Origin: Minutocellus sp. GHC0000111
Lineage: Eukaryota
Length of the DNA: 64,000 bases
Direction of reading: 5' to 3'
Assembly: GCA_977018835.1 (NCBI GenBank)
Contig: OZ361257.1
Coordinates: forward strand, 5,084,001-5,148,000
The position numbers and the translations under genes are program-made. The notes below the pieces were generated by a model, which saw only the letters and a program-made list of their open reading frames with translations, did no database searches and was not told where the DNA came from. Below, piece after piece: positions 46,546 to 58,759 of the stretch. Within the stretch, counting starts at the first letter, position 1; the number at the start of each line of letters is the position of its first letter.

Positions 46546-47916
46546 ATGTGCCAACCAACGAAGGCGCCGACAAAGGCCCAGCACGCTGGCGCCTCACCGA
46601 CGCCAAAAGTGTCCTCGATAGTCACCGGTGAAATTAAGAACACACAGGAGACGCAAGATGAGGCTCTGCAACACGGCACGCTCTACGGCTCGCTCTCGCT
46701 GGCCCTCATCATTGCTGGTTTCTCCCTCACCATGCCCCATCTTCAATCACGACGAGATGCGCTGCAGTGCGATTCACTGTGTTATGGATCCATGACCTCC
46801 ACTCGCAGTGCCTTGTCTCTGGTTGGGGGTTTCTTCGTCAGTCGATTATCGGACAATGACTCATCGTTTGTCGGCAGAACCATTGGAGGCGGAAGTGGAC
46901 GAAAGGCATGCTTGTACATTGGTACGGTGGCCAGCATCGTCGGGCTTGTCATCGGAGGAGCAACCTTTTCCATTCTCGGTATGTATCTTAGTATGGTCCC
47001 TGGGGCCTTGTTTCAGCAGAACTTTTCGGTGCTCAAGGCTCTGCTGGCTGACCTCCATGATGCTGCATCCTCCTCGACCAGTGCCCGAGCTGGAAGTGTC
47101 GGCAAGTTGGGCATGTCGGTCGGACTTGCCTTCATGTTTGGGCCCGTTATGGGAGCGATGCTCATCAAAAGCTTTGAGCATGCGGTAGGATTGGCCATCG
47201 CTTTAACGGCAGCCTCCATGATCATGGTGGCCAAGCTACCCAATACGACCTCGACAAAAGCTTCAGAGAGTACCAAGACGAAGAAGGGGATGTTGAGTTT
47301 CCTTGATATCAAGGCAGCACGAACCCCAGCGGCAATGTTTCTGATGTCAGTTCGAGTTTGCATGGCTCTCGCCTTCCACATTTACATGACGATATGGACA
47401 GTCTCCCTTAAACAACGCTTCCAGTTCGGACCGAAAGATCATGGCTTCTTCATGTCTTTTATTGGTCTGACATATGCGCTGGCTCAGGGCGTGGTGGCAA
47501 AGCGGGTTGTCAAACCTCTGGGCCCAACGGGTCGCATTCGGGTCATTCAGTTGTGCTGTATTGCATTGGGCGCTGGTAGATACTTTGCCTTCCACACCCA
47601 ATCGTTGCCCATCGTCTACTCTGTCTTCGCTTGCATCATTACTGCCCTTGGTGTGTTGAACACAATATTAACAGCTGATACTGCAGGGCTCGCGTCACCA
47701 GACGAAGTTGGGGGACTGTACGGTGTCTTGGAATCGGTAGAGAGTGTAGCGGGTATTTGCGGACCCATTGCAGGTGGAAGCTTGGCACTAATCGATCCGA
47801 TTGGAGCACCGCTTGCGGCCGTTGTTGGTCTCTACTTCATCGTCTTTCTTCTGGTAACTTTTGGCTACGATGCGCTCATCATTCGAGGCAAAAGTGCGCC
47901 AAAGAAGGCCACATAA
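46546..47916 (+). CDS. Major facilitator superfamily transporter
   Basis: Multiple hydrophobic helices, 'SRLSD…GRK' motif-A-like, 'GPVMG', 'GPIAGG'. Confidence 0.85.
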   Translation: MCQPTKAPTKAQHAGASPTPKVSSIVTGEIKNTQETQDEALQHGTLYGSLSLALIIAGFSLTMPHLQSRRDALQCDSLCYGSMTSTRSALSLVGGFFVSRLSDNDSSFVGRTIGGGSGRKACLYIGTVASIVGLVIGGATFSILGMYLSMVPGALFQQNFSVLKALLADLHDAASSSTSARAGSVGKLGMSVGLAFMFGPVMGAMLIKSFEHAVGLAIALTAASMIMVAKLPNTTSTKASESTKTKKGMLSFLDIKAARTPAAMFLMSVRVCMALAFHIYMTIWTVSLKQRFQFGPKDHGFFMSFIGLTYALAQGVVAKRVVKPLGPTGRIRVIQLCCIALGAGRYFAFHTQSLPIVYSVFACIITALGVLNTILTADTAGLASPDEVGGLYGVLESVESVAGICGPIAGGSLALIDPIGAPLAAVVGLYFIVFLLVTFGYDALIIRGKSAPKKAT

Positions 47917-48073
47917 AAGTCATTATGTTCAGATGATAAAAACCACGTACTACGTAGTAGTTTGTACATATTCGCTTGGACAGATAAAATTTTTGTATTG
48001 TTTAACTCGGACATATTTCTACAGCGATACATGTGAAGTGATAAGATTACCCCAGTCTGTTGCATAATATCCA

Positions 48074-49055
48074 TCACTGCGTGTCCGAGCGATCACGGCT
48101 TCGGCTTCTACTGCGTGGACTCCTGCTCCGGCTCCGATTCTTGCGATCTCTATCCCTAGAGCAAGACCTGGAACGATCACGACGGGATCTCTTCCCCTCG
48201 CGCCGATCTCTGTCACGGTCGCGGTCCCGATCGCGATCACCTCGGTCCCTCCGGTCGCGCCGATCCCGGTCCCTGTCGCGACGCCGACGAGATTCCCTCC
48301 GCTCGTACTCCTCCCTGCGGATCTCATCTTCGACGTCCTCCTCCAAGCTCCGAATTAGGGCCATAGGCACCGGCTTGATGTGCATAAAGTTGCAAAACCC
48401 GCCGCGGCTGCAACCACCCTCATCGTAATCGCGACAACGCGCCTCGCGAAAGTCCGTCACCGGGCTGAACTCCACCTCCAGCTTCCGTCCGTCGTAGTAG
48501 CGCCCATTGAGCACGTTGAGGGCGTCGGCGGCCTGCTCCTCGTCAAAGAACTTGCAGTAGACGTGGCCGACCATGTGATCTCCGAGGTTGTCGCACACCG
48601 ATAGCGAATCGATCCGTCCGAACTTGGCCAGTTCCATGAAGAAACTGACATTCATTTGGGGTACCAAGCAAGAGAGTATGGTCAGGTCAAAGCAATAGCA
48701 AATTTCAATATCAAAAGAACACAATCACAGAAATACAAGCAAACATCACATGATACACTCACTCCTCAAAGAAGCAAAGGAAGTCTTCCATGGCCTTTTC
48801 ACCATCCACATCTCTGCGGGGGTCGACGGTATCGACGCCCCGACCTTCGGCGGCGGCCCGAAGCTCGGCCTCCCGCACGGGATGGCGGTAGATGTGCTTG
48901 ATCAGGATGGTCTGGGAGAAGGCCGGTCGGTGGTGGATGCGCGAGCACCGATCGCCGTGACGGCAGGCACCAATCTTGAAGAAGAAGGGACAGTTCACCT
49001 TGTCTTCCTCCGTCCCGTGGATCCGGGCGAGGTGCCTTGCTCCTCCTCCCGACAT
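48074..49055 (-). CDS. U2AF1: Splicing factor U2AF small subunit; intron 48645-48762
   Basis: 'LARIHGTEEDKVNCPFFFKIGACRHGDRCSR.H', UHM 'VCDNLGDHMVGHVY', 'SPVTDFREARCR…CNFMH', RS tail. Confidence 0.95.
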
Positions 49056-49339
49056 GGTGGTTCGTTCCGTGCTGTATTTTTTTCTTAAAATAAAGATACA
49101 GACCCTCGCAGAATTCAACAATTCAACAATTAATATCTAGGCTCGTCTACCAATTAGGGCAAACCAGGCGCAGCGGGCGACGCAGCGGTTACGGCGGAAG
49201 GCAAGAACACCATTTTGCCGGCACGAAACAAGGAAAGTAGCCGGCCGACGAAAAGACGTATCGTGGACTCACTCGACTACGACTACGAGTCAGTCTGTCC
49301 GTCACGCTCACGCTTCAAACTTTCAGTATCCAACGCCAA

Positions 49340-52300
49340 GATGAAGCCCTTCTCGGCGGGCCCCGCCTTCAGCGGCGGTAGCGGCGGCAGCAAGAAGAAG
49401 CACCACAAGAACCGCAAGCATACCGGTGCCTCCAAGCGCAAGAAGCGGAGGGAGCGGGCCAACTCGCTGGCCAGCGCCGACGGATCTGTCGGCGGCGGAT
49501 TGTCATCCTCACCTGCTCAGACATCGGCCGTTGGACGGTTGAAGCGGCCAACGTCGTCAGTGGACGCTCCTTCCTCCTCCCAGTCCTCGAGAAAGGCAAC
49601 TCCGTCACAAATGAAGGCCAATGAAAATCATAAAGGGATGAACGGCGGTAGCGGTGGCGGGCCGTCGTCCTCTGAGCGTCTGTCGTTTTCGGCCGAGGAG
49701 AGCCCGGCCGCCTCCGCCAGTTTTGGTGGTTCGCATCACAACAACAATAACAAAAAGAAAAAGAAGAACAAATCCAAAAGCGGCAGCAATGATAAGAAGA
49801 AGCGAGGAGACGAAGATACCCCAACAACAACGACGACGCCGAGCACCCGCGACACAACTCCCAGCCGAGACAGCAGCAGTAGCGGCGGTGGTAGCAAAAA
49901 GCACAAGCACGGCGGCGGCCAGATTGACCAGAGCGCTGCTGCAACCTCCCAACATCGGCACATCGATTTCGTGTATCCTCGGGGCAAGTCTCCGTTCGGC
50001 AAGAAGAAGAACGGTGGAGAGCCCGAGCCGTTTATGTTTTCCAGCCAAATGAAGAAACAAAAGAAGAAGGACCGAGCGTACAGCTACGATGGCAGTAGCG
50101 ATGGTGATGGCGAGGAGAAGAAGATGGACCGGGCGGATGACGACGATGACGACAATGATGATTTTGCATTCGGAGGAGGAGGAGGACGGCGGAGGCCTCG
50201 GGCCAATACGGAGGAGTCCATTGATGACATCTTTGCCAAGCTCACCCCGGCCAAGCCGAAAAAGACCAAACCAAGGAAGGACGAGGAGCATGCTGCTGAT
50301 ACCGCCGCTTCCCGTAAGAAAGTACCAGGATCGCACGATGCAGACAAGTCGGAGGGCAAGGAGAAGAAAAAGAGGAAGCGCAAACGATCCATGTCAGCGG
50401 GAAGTGTGGACGAGGCCGGTATCGCTCCTTCCACCGCGTCTCATGCCTCTTCTGCAACGAAGAAAATGGCTAAAGAATCATCATCGGAAGAAGAGGAGAG
50501 CCAACACGAAAAGAAGCGGAGAAAGAAGAAGGAATCTACGAAGCAGTCGATGGGTGATACCGATCAGGCCCAAGACATGAGCGGCGCCGCCAGGAAGAAG
50601 GATGCCAAGGCTCGCAAGGAGCAACGCGCTGTTGATGACGGCGATGATGGTGGTCTATCACACAGCAGCGACCGTATCTCGCATGCGCGTCCTGCGCAGC
50701 TTCATCGGCAGCTATCCGGCAGGTCAGTGGAAGATGCCTTCCGCGATAAGAGGGGCCGCCGGCCGAGGTCCAACTCTACCGACCGCGAGCTCAATCTGCC
50801 CAGTGGAGGTCTTTGCGACGAGCGGGGCGTCCTTGGTTCGCACAAGTGGGACGCCGAGCGCATGTATGGTTCGAATGGCAAGAAGGTCACGAGGTTGCTC
50901 AGGGCCGATCCGCTGGGCTTCATCAACAAGGGCAATACGTGCTACCTGAATGCCACGTTGCAGTGCCTTGCCCATTTGCCAACATTTTGCCAGTGCGTCA
51001 CGGAGTTGCCCGAGAATGACCGCAGCGATGGCCAAGGCGGGAAGGGCAAGCGAATGACGAAGCTGATCCGAGCCCTACTTCGTGAGGCACATAGACTTGA
51101 CGACGAGGCCCGCGGTGGTCATCATCGGGGATACATCTCTCCTGGTGCGATCGTGAAGAATCTCAAGCTTCTAAGCAGTTCCAACCGAGGATACAAGTTT
51201 CGGCCGGGCCGGCAGGAGGATGCGCACGAATTTCTTGTTCATCTTCTCGACGCCATGAACGATGGTGAGCTCAGGGCGGCCGGTATTGACCAAAATCAAT
51301 CTGGTTGGCGAGACCGCCTACCCTTCCCAAGATTGGACGAGACTACCTTCATCCATCGCATCTTTGGCGGCTACCTCCGCAGCCAGGTCCGTTGCACTAG
51401 GTGCAATCTTTGGCGGCTACCTCCGCAGCCAGGTCCGTTGCACTAGGTGCAACTACAAGAGCAACACTTATGATCCCTTTCTGGATCTTGCTCTGGAAGT
51501 CAACAAGAAAGATTCGGTCGAGAAGGTTTTCCGGGACTTTACGAGGGCAGAAACTCTCGATGTGGACAATCAATGGAAGTGCTCCGGCTGCAAGAAGCGA
51601 GTCTGCGCAAAGAAGCAGTTGACTGTGTTCCGACCTCCACTATCGCTCGTGATCCAACTGAAGCGATTTACATTTGGCGGCGGTGGTATGCTCGGTGGTA
51701 TCATGCCCTTTGGCAGAGGCAGTGGCTTCGGATACGGACACTTTGCTGGAAAGGGTATGGGCATGAAGGGACGCGGCGGTTCCAAGATTACCAAGCCGAT
51801 TGCCTTCCCAAAAGTTCTCAACCTTCCCCTCAGTGACGAACGATTGTGTGTGTACGAGCTTACTGGAGTAGTCATTCACGTTGGTGGTAGTGCTACATCG
51901 GGACATTACACTGCTTCCGTGAAAAAGGTCCTGGCCGATAGCACGCACCAGTGGTTTTATCTCGACGATTCGCACGTGGAGAAGGTATCGGAGAAGGCCG
52001 TGCTGAGGCAAAAGCATGCGTATCTTCTTTTTTACTGCCGCAAAGAAGTTACCATGGAGTTGCCTTCGCCGCCTCCCAGAAAGTCGTCCATGTCAGGAGC
52101 CGAAGCAAAGGAGGCTGGTGAACAAAGAGCCCGTGCTCGCTCTGACAGTTTATCGAGCCTAACCCCATCGCCGCCGACCTCGAGCAAGAAAAAGGCGGCC
52201 TCCACACCAAAGGCTCCCTCGTCCTCCTCAGCCTCATCCGCATCCTCTTCATCAGCATCCTCGTCCAGCAGCGACGAAAGCGAGGATAATGCCAACCTGA

Positions 52301-53208
52301 AACGCACAAAGAAGAATCTCGATGCTTCCCTTTCCAAGGCTGATAATTCTAAGCCCACTGCTTCAAAGAGAAAGCACATCGACGAGCCTTCTTTATCCTT
52401 TGATGATAGCGATGATTCTGACGACTCTTCGTACTCTGGTAGCGGCTCGTCCTCATCCTTTTCTTTCGATAGTAGTGACATTGAAGAACACAGCGACGCT
52501 TCTTCTGATGGCGGCGGCCAATCCGACTCATCTGATTCTAGCAGCAGCGCTTCCTCTTCTTCCAGCGAAGACGCCAAAGACACCAAACAAGCCGATAGGA
52601 ACAAGAAGACAAAACAGCAAGCTACTACTGCAAAGAAGCCAAAGGTGGCTACGTCTACAACTGGCACGGGTGGAAACAAAATCGAGGTCAAGGTGAATAG
52701 AAAGAAAGCCAAAAAGGCGTGGCAGCCATCGACTTTATCTGCGAAGGAACGGCACAACAACAGCGGTCGAAACGATCTCCTCGGAAATGTCAACATCGGT
52801 AGGTGGGACGACGATGAAGATGACGGCGCTGGCACCGCTGATCGTAGCGACGACGAAGAATATGGTAATGCCGTCGTGTCCAGCTCTATGCGTCGTCGGC
52901 AGAAGGCCGTGCAAGAGATGAACGCAAAGAAAAAATCCAAGAAACGCAAGATGTATTTGGACTCTTGGGATGCAGCTCTTGACGAAGGTAAGCAGAAGAA
53001 GGTCAAGGAGCCTAAAGAGCCAGACGAATATGACGATCCATCTCCCGGTGCGAACAGATTCCAACGGATCCAAGAGGAGACACAAAGGATGTACCAAGGT
53101 AAGGCCAAGGGATATCACGGGACACCGGGACCGAAGATGCCTCGGCGACAAAATCGAAAAACTTATGGGAGCAGAGACAATAACAGACGCCGCTCCTCTC
53201 ACTTTTAG
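49340..53208 (+). pseudogene. Ubiquitin-specific protease (USP36/42-like), frameshifted by a 46-bp tandem duplication
   Basis: Cys box 'GFINKGNTCYLNATLQCL', 'QEDAHEFL', Zn ribbon, His box 'HVGGSATSGHY…DDS', tail 'WDAALDEGKQKKVK'. Confidence 0.9.
51361..51452 (+). repeat. Perfect 2 x 46-bp tandem duplication
   Basis: tctttggcggctacctccgcagccaggtccgttgcactaggtgcaa at 51361-51406 and 51407-51452. Confidence 0.97.
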
Positions 53209-53336
53209 CTTGTTTGAATTAAAAGTGGACAGCAATCGTAACATAATAACACATATTCTAATATATACAAAATGATTTTGCTCTTCAAGCTCTCTTCACT
53301 TCGCGCTAGCTACGTAGCTACTAGCTAGAGCGGTAC

Positions 53337-55265
53337 CTAGGTAGCAGTTGGCGATAATAGCCAAAATACTGGAAGCACGATGACGCTGGTGTACGACATC
53401 ACACCCAAAAAGCTGCGGCACTGAGTTATCTCTTGTGCACTGCTTGCGTCGGCTTCATCTTCTTGTCGCCAATCCTCTTCATCGACATCCTTGGTCTCGT
53501 CCACTTCCATGTCTTGCAAATCTGTATCATTGTCCTGTTGTGAGTTTGAAATACCACCACTGGATGCTGAAGGCGCTCGGAGGGGAGGTGTAGGGCTAAC
53601 ATTTGGAGCGGTTGTTTGACCACCGGTATTCACTGATGGTGGCTTCTGTGTTGGGATGCTTGGTATTCCATCGTCGCTATTTGGCAACACTTCTCCATCA
53701 TAGCTCACAGGATGATCCTGTTCGGCCGGGGCATTTGTACCTTCACCGCCGTCAAACCCGATGCTTACCTCAGAATCCTCCTTGCTAACCTCATCAAATG
53801 CGCCAACTGGTACATCATCAGCAAGTAAAATCTTGGGAGGACCAACATAGGTCGGTCGAGCGCTGCTATCGAAAGGTAGCGGCGTAGTACACCCATTCTT
53901 GAAATTGCAGTATTGTGAGGGCAGCGTAGATTCCCAAGCGAGAAGGGTGTCCTTCATCTCCTGCGCAATCTCAGGTTCGTCATTTATTCTGTTCTCAGTT
54001 TCAGCCCTGTCGTGGTCCAATTCGAAGAGGCTGAAGTCACCCCGCCTACTGGCAAAGAGCTTGTAGTTTCCAAAGATCATAGCTCTGTCACTTTCCTCCC
54101 GATTGAATTTCGAAAAGAGAGGACCCTTCCGTCTTATATTCTCTTCGCCAAGCAAAATCTTGGAAATATCTTCTCCATCGAAACGACTGCCGTCGATTGG
54201 AACTCCAGCCAATCTGCAAATCGTTGGTAGCCAATCCAGCGCAGAAACAACCGACGCATCGTTGACTTTTCCCTCAGGAACATGCCCAGGCCAGCTCACA
54301 ATAAAAGGAACTCGCAGACCGCCCTCGAAAAAATCATGTTTGGCCCCTCGAAGTCCTCCCGCCCAACCCATCATTGATGTTGGACTCGATTGCTTGTCAG
54401 TATCGATCGGTGCAGCTCCATGATCGGCCGTAAAGGCGATGATCGTGTTATCACGTATCCCCAGCTCGTCCAGTTTATCCAGCAACCGACCCACCATTTG
54501 GTCCATTCCCCACAGGTCTGCCAAATATCTTCTCATGCCAAAATCGATGGCGTTATCGCCTTCAATCTTTACAGCGGAATCAAATTTCTTTTGCATATAT
54601 CTGTCGAAATCGGAACGTTTCACTTTTAGATTGTCAAACTCTCGCAGCAGAGTTTCTCTCGGTTCCACAGGGGAATGGGCCACATGACTCCATAGATTCA
54701 GATAGAAGGGTTCATCCTTGTGCCGTTCGATGAAATCCATACCCGCCTGGTAAACACGCGCATCCTTGCCAAGTGGATCGTTCACTGCACCACCCAAAAC
54801 CTTGACCTCATCCATACCAAGGCTTTGCAGTGTGCTATTGTTCTGAGGACCTATATGCCACTTTCCTACGTGCCCAGTTTTATAACCCGCATCATACAAC
54901 AGCCTCGTTATCGTGGCGTGCGATTCGGGAAAACCAAAGTCTTGGTTGTAATTGGGCAACGTCGCTGGATTGCGACTGGACATGAAACCACTTCTGGAAG
55001 GATTGCAAGTAGCACCAGCGACATAAAATCGGGTAAATCTTGTGCCCTCTGCGGCAAGGCGATCGAGATGGGGCGTTCGAGCATAGGGATGCCCATAGCA
55101 AGCGAGATCACCCAGCCCCATATCCTCTGCCAAGATGAAGATAACATTAGGTGGTCGCGACTGCGGTGGCGAGGATTGTTTCTTCTTTGTCGTTGCTACT
55201 CCTGCTGAGGCCGCAGTCAGCATTGTACAGGTCACGACAAGGAAAAGCCATCTTGACACAAACAT
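53337..55265 (-). CDS. Formylglycine-dependent sulfatase (S1 family), secreted, with a hydrophobic C-terminal tail
   Basis: Signal peptide, 'PNVIFILAEDMG', 'CNPSR', 'GYKTGHVGKWH', 'FTADHG', 'EGGLRVPFI'. Confidence 0.9.
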   Translation of the reverse strand: MFVSRWLFLVVTCTMLTAASAGVATTKKKQSSPPQSRPPNVIFILAEDMGLGDLACYGHPYARTPHLDRLAAEGTRFTRFYVAGATCNPSRSGFMSSRNPATLPNYNQDFGFPESHATITRLLYDAGYKTGHVGKWHIGPQNNSTLQSLGMDEVKVLGGAVNDPLGKDARVYQAGMDFIERHKDEPFYLNLWSHVAHSPVEPRETLLREFDNLKVKRSDFDRYMQKKFDSAVKIEGDNAIDFGMRRYLADLWGMDQMVGRLLDKLDELGIRDNTIIAFTADHGAAPIDTDKQSSPTSMMGWAGGLRGAKHDFFEGGLRVPFIVSWPGHVPEGKVNDASVVSALDWLPTICRLAGVPIDGSRFDGEDISKILLGEENIRRKGPLFSKFNREESDRAMIFGNYKLFASRRGDFSLFELDHDRAETENRINDEPEIAQEMKDTLLAWESTLPSQYCNFKNGCTTPLPFDSSARPTYVGPPKILLADDVPVGAFDEVSKEDSEVSIGFDGGEGTNAPAEQDHPVSYDGEVLPNSDDGIPSIPTQKPPSVNTGGQTTAPNVSPTPPLRAPSASSGGISNSQQDNDTDLQDMEVDETKDVDEEDWRQEDEADASSAQEITQCRSFLGVMSYTSVIVLPVFWLLSPTAT

Positions 55266-55623
55266 CCTTTCTGGCTGGAAGTAAGTAGCCGTGCGATTAC
55301 TTCATTCACTACGTAACAGTAGAATTGCACCTGAATGAAGCTTCGTCAGGTCAATTCGTTGCTTTTTGTCCCCCTGTTCGGTATTACTTTGCTTGCTTCG
55401 GCCATGTGGTGTGTGGAGATGTGTGCCAAAACGGACAGTTGTGTTCTGTTTCCATACCTAGGCCTAGGTACAGACGCCAACCGCGCCACTTGTGCTACTT
55501 CCAGAAGACGAGAGTACGTTCCTAAAATTCGTACCTACGTACGTAAAATGCCAAAGTAGCGATGCGAAGCATGGTGCCACAATCCAAACTTGCACGAACG
55601 AACATATGACCATATGAACCGCA

Positions 55624-58600
55624 ATGGACGAAGATAATCTGCTGAACGATGCGTTCGTTCTTCCATCGAAAGCAAATAGCCTCGAGGATCAGTTCGAGCG
55701 TGAGGGTAGGAAAGACGACAGTATTTTGATTCAAGCATCATCAACCTATTTCGAGGCAGTTTATCTGCTCAAAAGATATCTCAATCGTCTGCCCTTTGAC
55801 CCATTATCTCCTCGGTCTTCGGGCACATCCAGGACCAGACAGCTTCTAAAGGAAAAGATTCGTCATTATGAAAGTGTTGCGGCAAATCTACTCAATCGGC
55901 TGGGATCGGGATCGGGATCGCAATCGGCCGAGGATCAGGCTCCTCACCACAGAAATCCTTGCACATTGAAGCGACAGCAAATTGCAGCAGTTCGGCACAG
56001 CCGGCGACATCCCGCCAGTCAGATGACAATATCACTGGAAAGGTAGCCTTGGTCAACAATCTTCTGGCGACCGCAATGGATCACGACGAAAATTCTCGCT
56101 TTGAAGAGGCAACTGCTTCGTACCTTTCGTCGGCAGAGCTGTATCTCGAAGTGATCAAGACATCTGAAGAATCATCGCGTTTGGTTGACTCCATGACCAT
56201 CGGTTCCATCAAGAGAAAATTGGAAGGAATCATGGGTCGGATAGAGCAATTGAAGGCCGGGCAGTATAAAAAGGCATCAGTTGGTGCGTCGCCAAGTCAA
56301 CCAGCAGCATCACTGTCGTCAGAGGAAATAGCTGTTCTCAAGCGTTCGTCTCTCATTACTTCAGGGTTGTTCTTGCCATGGTCCGAGGAGGAAGCTCGGG
56401 CCATTGACACATCTCCAGCTGCTAAGCCTTTTGTTGATCCTGACGGGGTCATGAAGTTGTCCCCAAAACAAATATCAATATTTATGTTACCGGCGAGGCT
56501 AATATGGCGAAGCTCTCGAAATTTGCGTGGAACCTCAGTCGCTTTGTAGGCACCGCGGTGAGTGTAGATGTGTACAATTTTGCCGGGAATAAACATTCGC
56601 GGCAGCGGTGTCTCCTCCAGCATCACGGCCGGGGCGGCGTCATCATTATTGTCGTCATTTCCAAGCTCCATTTCTTCTGGTATCGGTATGTTTGAATTTT
56701 CCCCAGCCGTAAGGGCATCTAAAGCAGCAGCAATAGCAATGCCCTCCTCATTATCGTCTTGCTCCTCATCACTCTCAATCATGTCTTCTTCTGCCTCATA
56801 AAAGAGGTCGCCGTCAATTTCCAAGACCTCTGATTGACTGAGATCCTGCTCAATTGTGTCTTTTTCCTCCTCATGTCCACCATCGAATGGGCCAGACCAA
56901 GAGAAATACTGGCCATGCAAGCTCAGCCCAGGTCAGCATCTATAGACATGATTAGGAAGATCGATCCATACAGGATCAAACAGCACTTGGTTCAGGATTG
57001 TAGCTTCATTGGGTCTCTGTGCATTTGTGCCGAATATGAACGAAGATTCAAACGGCGTCTTGTCACGAGCATCCTTTATCCTCAAGATGCAAAGGGGAAC
57101 CCCAAGCTCTCTCCCTCTGGAAAGTACATGGTCAAATTATGGCTGAATGGCATCCCTCGCCAAGTGGTTGTTGACGACATGCTTCCTGTCGATAGATATG
57201 GCAATTTACTTTGCAGCTACTGCCAGGTCAAATCTGGCCTTGAGCTTTGGGTGACTATCGTAGAAAAAGCTTTTATGAAGCTGTCTGGAGGCTATAACTT
57301 CCCGGGCAGTAACAGTGGATCCGACATGCATGCTCTGACAGGTTGGTTACCAGAACGAATATTCTTTCCAGAAGATCAGATGAATGTTCGAGATTTTGAG
57401 ACTCCAACCGAAAGAGCGTGGGATCGTCTTCATAGTGCAAGCTCCTATGGAGATTGTCTCATTACAACAAGCATGAGCAAGGATATTTCTGAGAGCGAAG
57501 CAGACAAAGTTGGCCTTGTAACTGGTCATGCCTACGCTGTGCTTGATGCGATTCGAACACAAAATGGCACTCGGCTCTTGCGACTCAAAAATCCATGGGC
57601 CCACAGCGGCTGGAATGGAAGGTTCTCGAAAGAAGATGCCATAAGCTGGTCAAATCCAAACTTGAGAGCTGAAGTTGGATACAATCCATGCGCACACTCT
57701 CAATTTGACGATGGTGTGTTCTTTATCGAGTGGGAGGATGTGTGCCGATATTTCACGAATTTACACTTAAGTTGGAGTCCTAATCTTTTTTCATTTCGCA
57801 CCACGCTACATGCAACCTGGCCCTCTGAAGTTGGTGCCGACGACGATTCCTTCAATATCAGAGATAATCCACAGTACATCTTAACATTATCCGACAATGC
57901 TGTACAAAAAGGAGCGACGGTATGGGTATTGATTTCACGACACGTCACGAAACAAGAACAGGAAGGAGCCGACGTTAGCGATTTCTTAACCATCCACGTG
58001 CATCGCAGTGATCGAAAGAAGGAAAGAATCAGTTACCCGGGCGGATCATCTTGCGTCTACACAGGAGCTTATACAAACAGCTCACACGTTCTTGTTCGCT
58101 ACGACGCCATCGGTTCGCAGGATAAATTCTTGTCTCTCGTGCTTTCGCAATACCAAAAATCTCATGATTTGAGCTACACACTCTCTAGTTACTGCACAGC
58201 CCCATTTGAACTCGGCAAGCCGACAAAAGACCCAGAACACATCACCGAGATTAAATCACAGTGGACCCGACAGTCTGCCGGCGGCCCGCCCAGCTCATCA
58301 ACGTTTGGAATGAATCCCATGTGGGCAATTCAAATACCACCCGAGGTATTAGGTAGCTCCCAAGATGGCTCGTTTTTGCAACTCTCTTGTACGACGACGA
58401 GAAGTATAGCAGTCAATTTGATGCTTGTGCGAGTTGATCGTTTAGGAACTCGAGTCAGGCGACTCAACAACGAGCCCCTTATCGACACCGGAGACTATCG
58501 GCACTCGTTTGTGGCTACCAATCTTCGCTGTGTTCCGTCAGGAAGCTACACTCTTGTTGTTTCCACGTACTATCCCGGACAGACAGGCTCCTTTACGATA

Positions 58601-58645
58601 AAGGTGCTATCAACTTCGAAAATCGATGTTAAGGCTATCGCATGA
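55624..58645 (+). pseudogene. CAPN7: Calpain-7/PalB-type protease (2 MIT domains, catalytic domain, C2-like domains), interrupted
   Basis: 'DCSF' Cys, 'GHAYAVLD' His, 'LKNPW' Asn, 'DPDG…LSPKQ…F.EW.RP'. Frameshift near 55950 and a foreign insertion at 56484-56885. Confidence 0.85.
56484..56885 (+). repeat. 402-bp direct copy of 59283-59684
   Basis: Sequence from atgttaccggcgagg to catgtccaccatcg is repeated at offset 2,799. No mismatches seen by eye; ORF-track translations of both copies are identical. Confidence 0.95.
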
Positions 58646-58759
58646 TGGAAAAGCTGGCAATGCTGCTCTAATTAAGCTTATCGATAATTTGGTTAGCTAA
58701 CTACTCTACACACAATGCTGTGATCTTTTAAGCACAATAAAAGTCGAGTAGGTGGGTTT

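Noticed and set aside
51361..51452. CRISPR-like repeat
   Set aside because: Only two adjacent copies, no spacer, inside a eukaryotic CDS.
52032..53108. Long antisense ORFs (also 23019-23795, 62212-63165 and others)
   Set aside because: These are shadow frames of low-complexity coding sequence of recognised genes.
56297..56920. 207-aa minus-strand ORF as an independent gene, or the insert as a new intron
   Set aside because: The ORF is just the duplicated lipase-gene fragment. The insert starts with GT but has no phase-compatible AG at its end.
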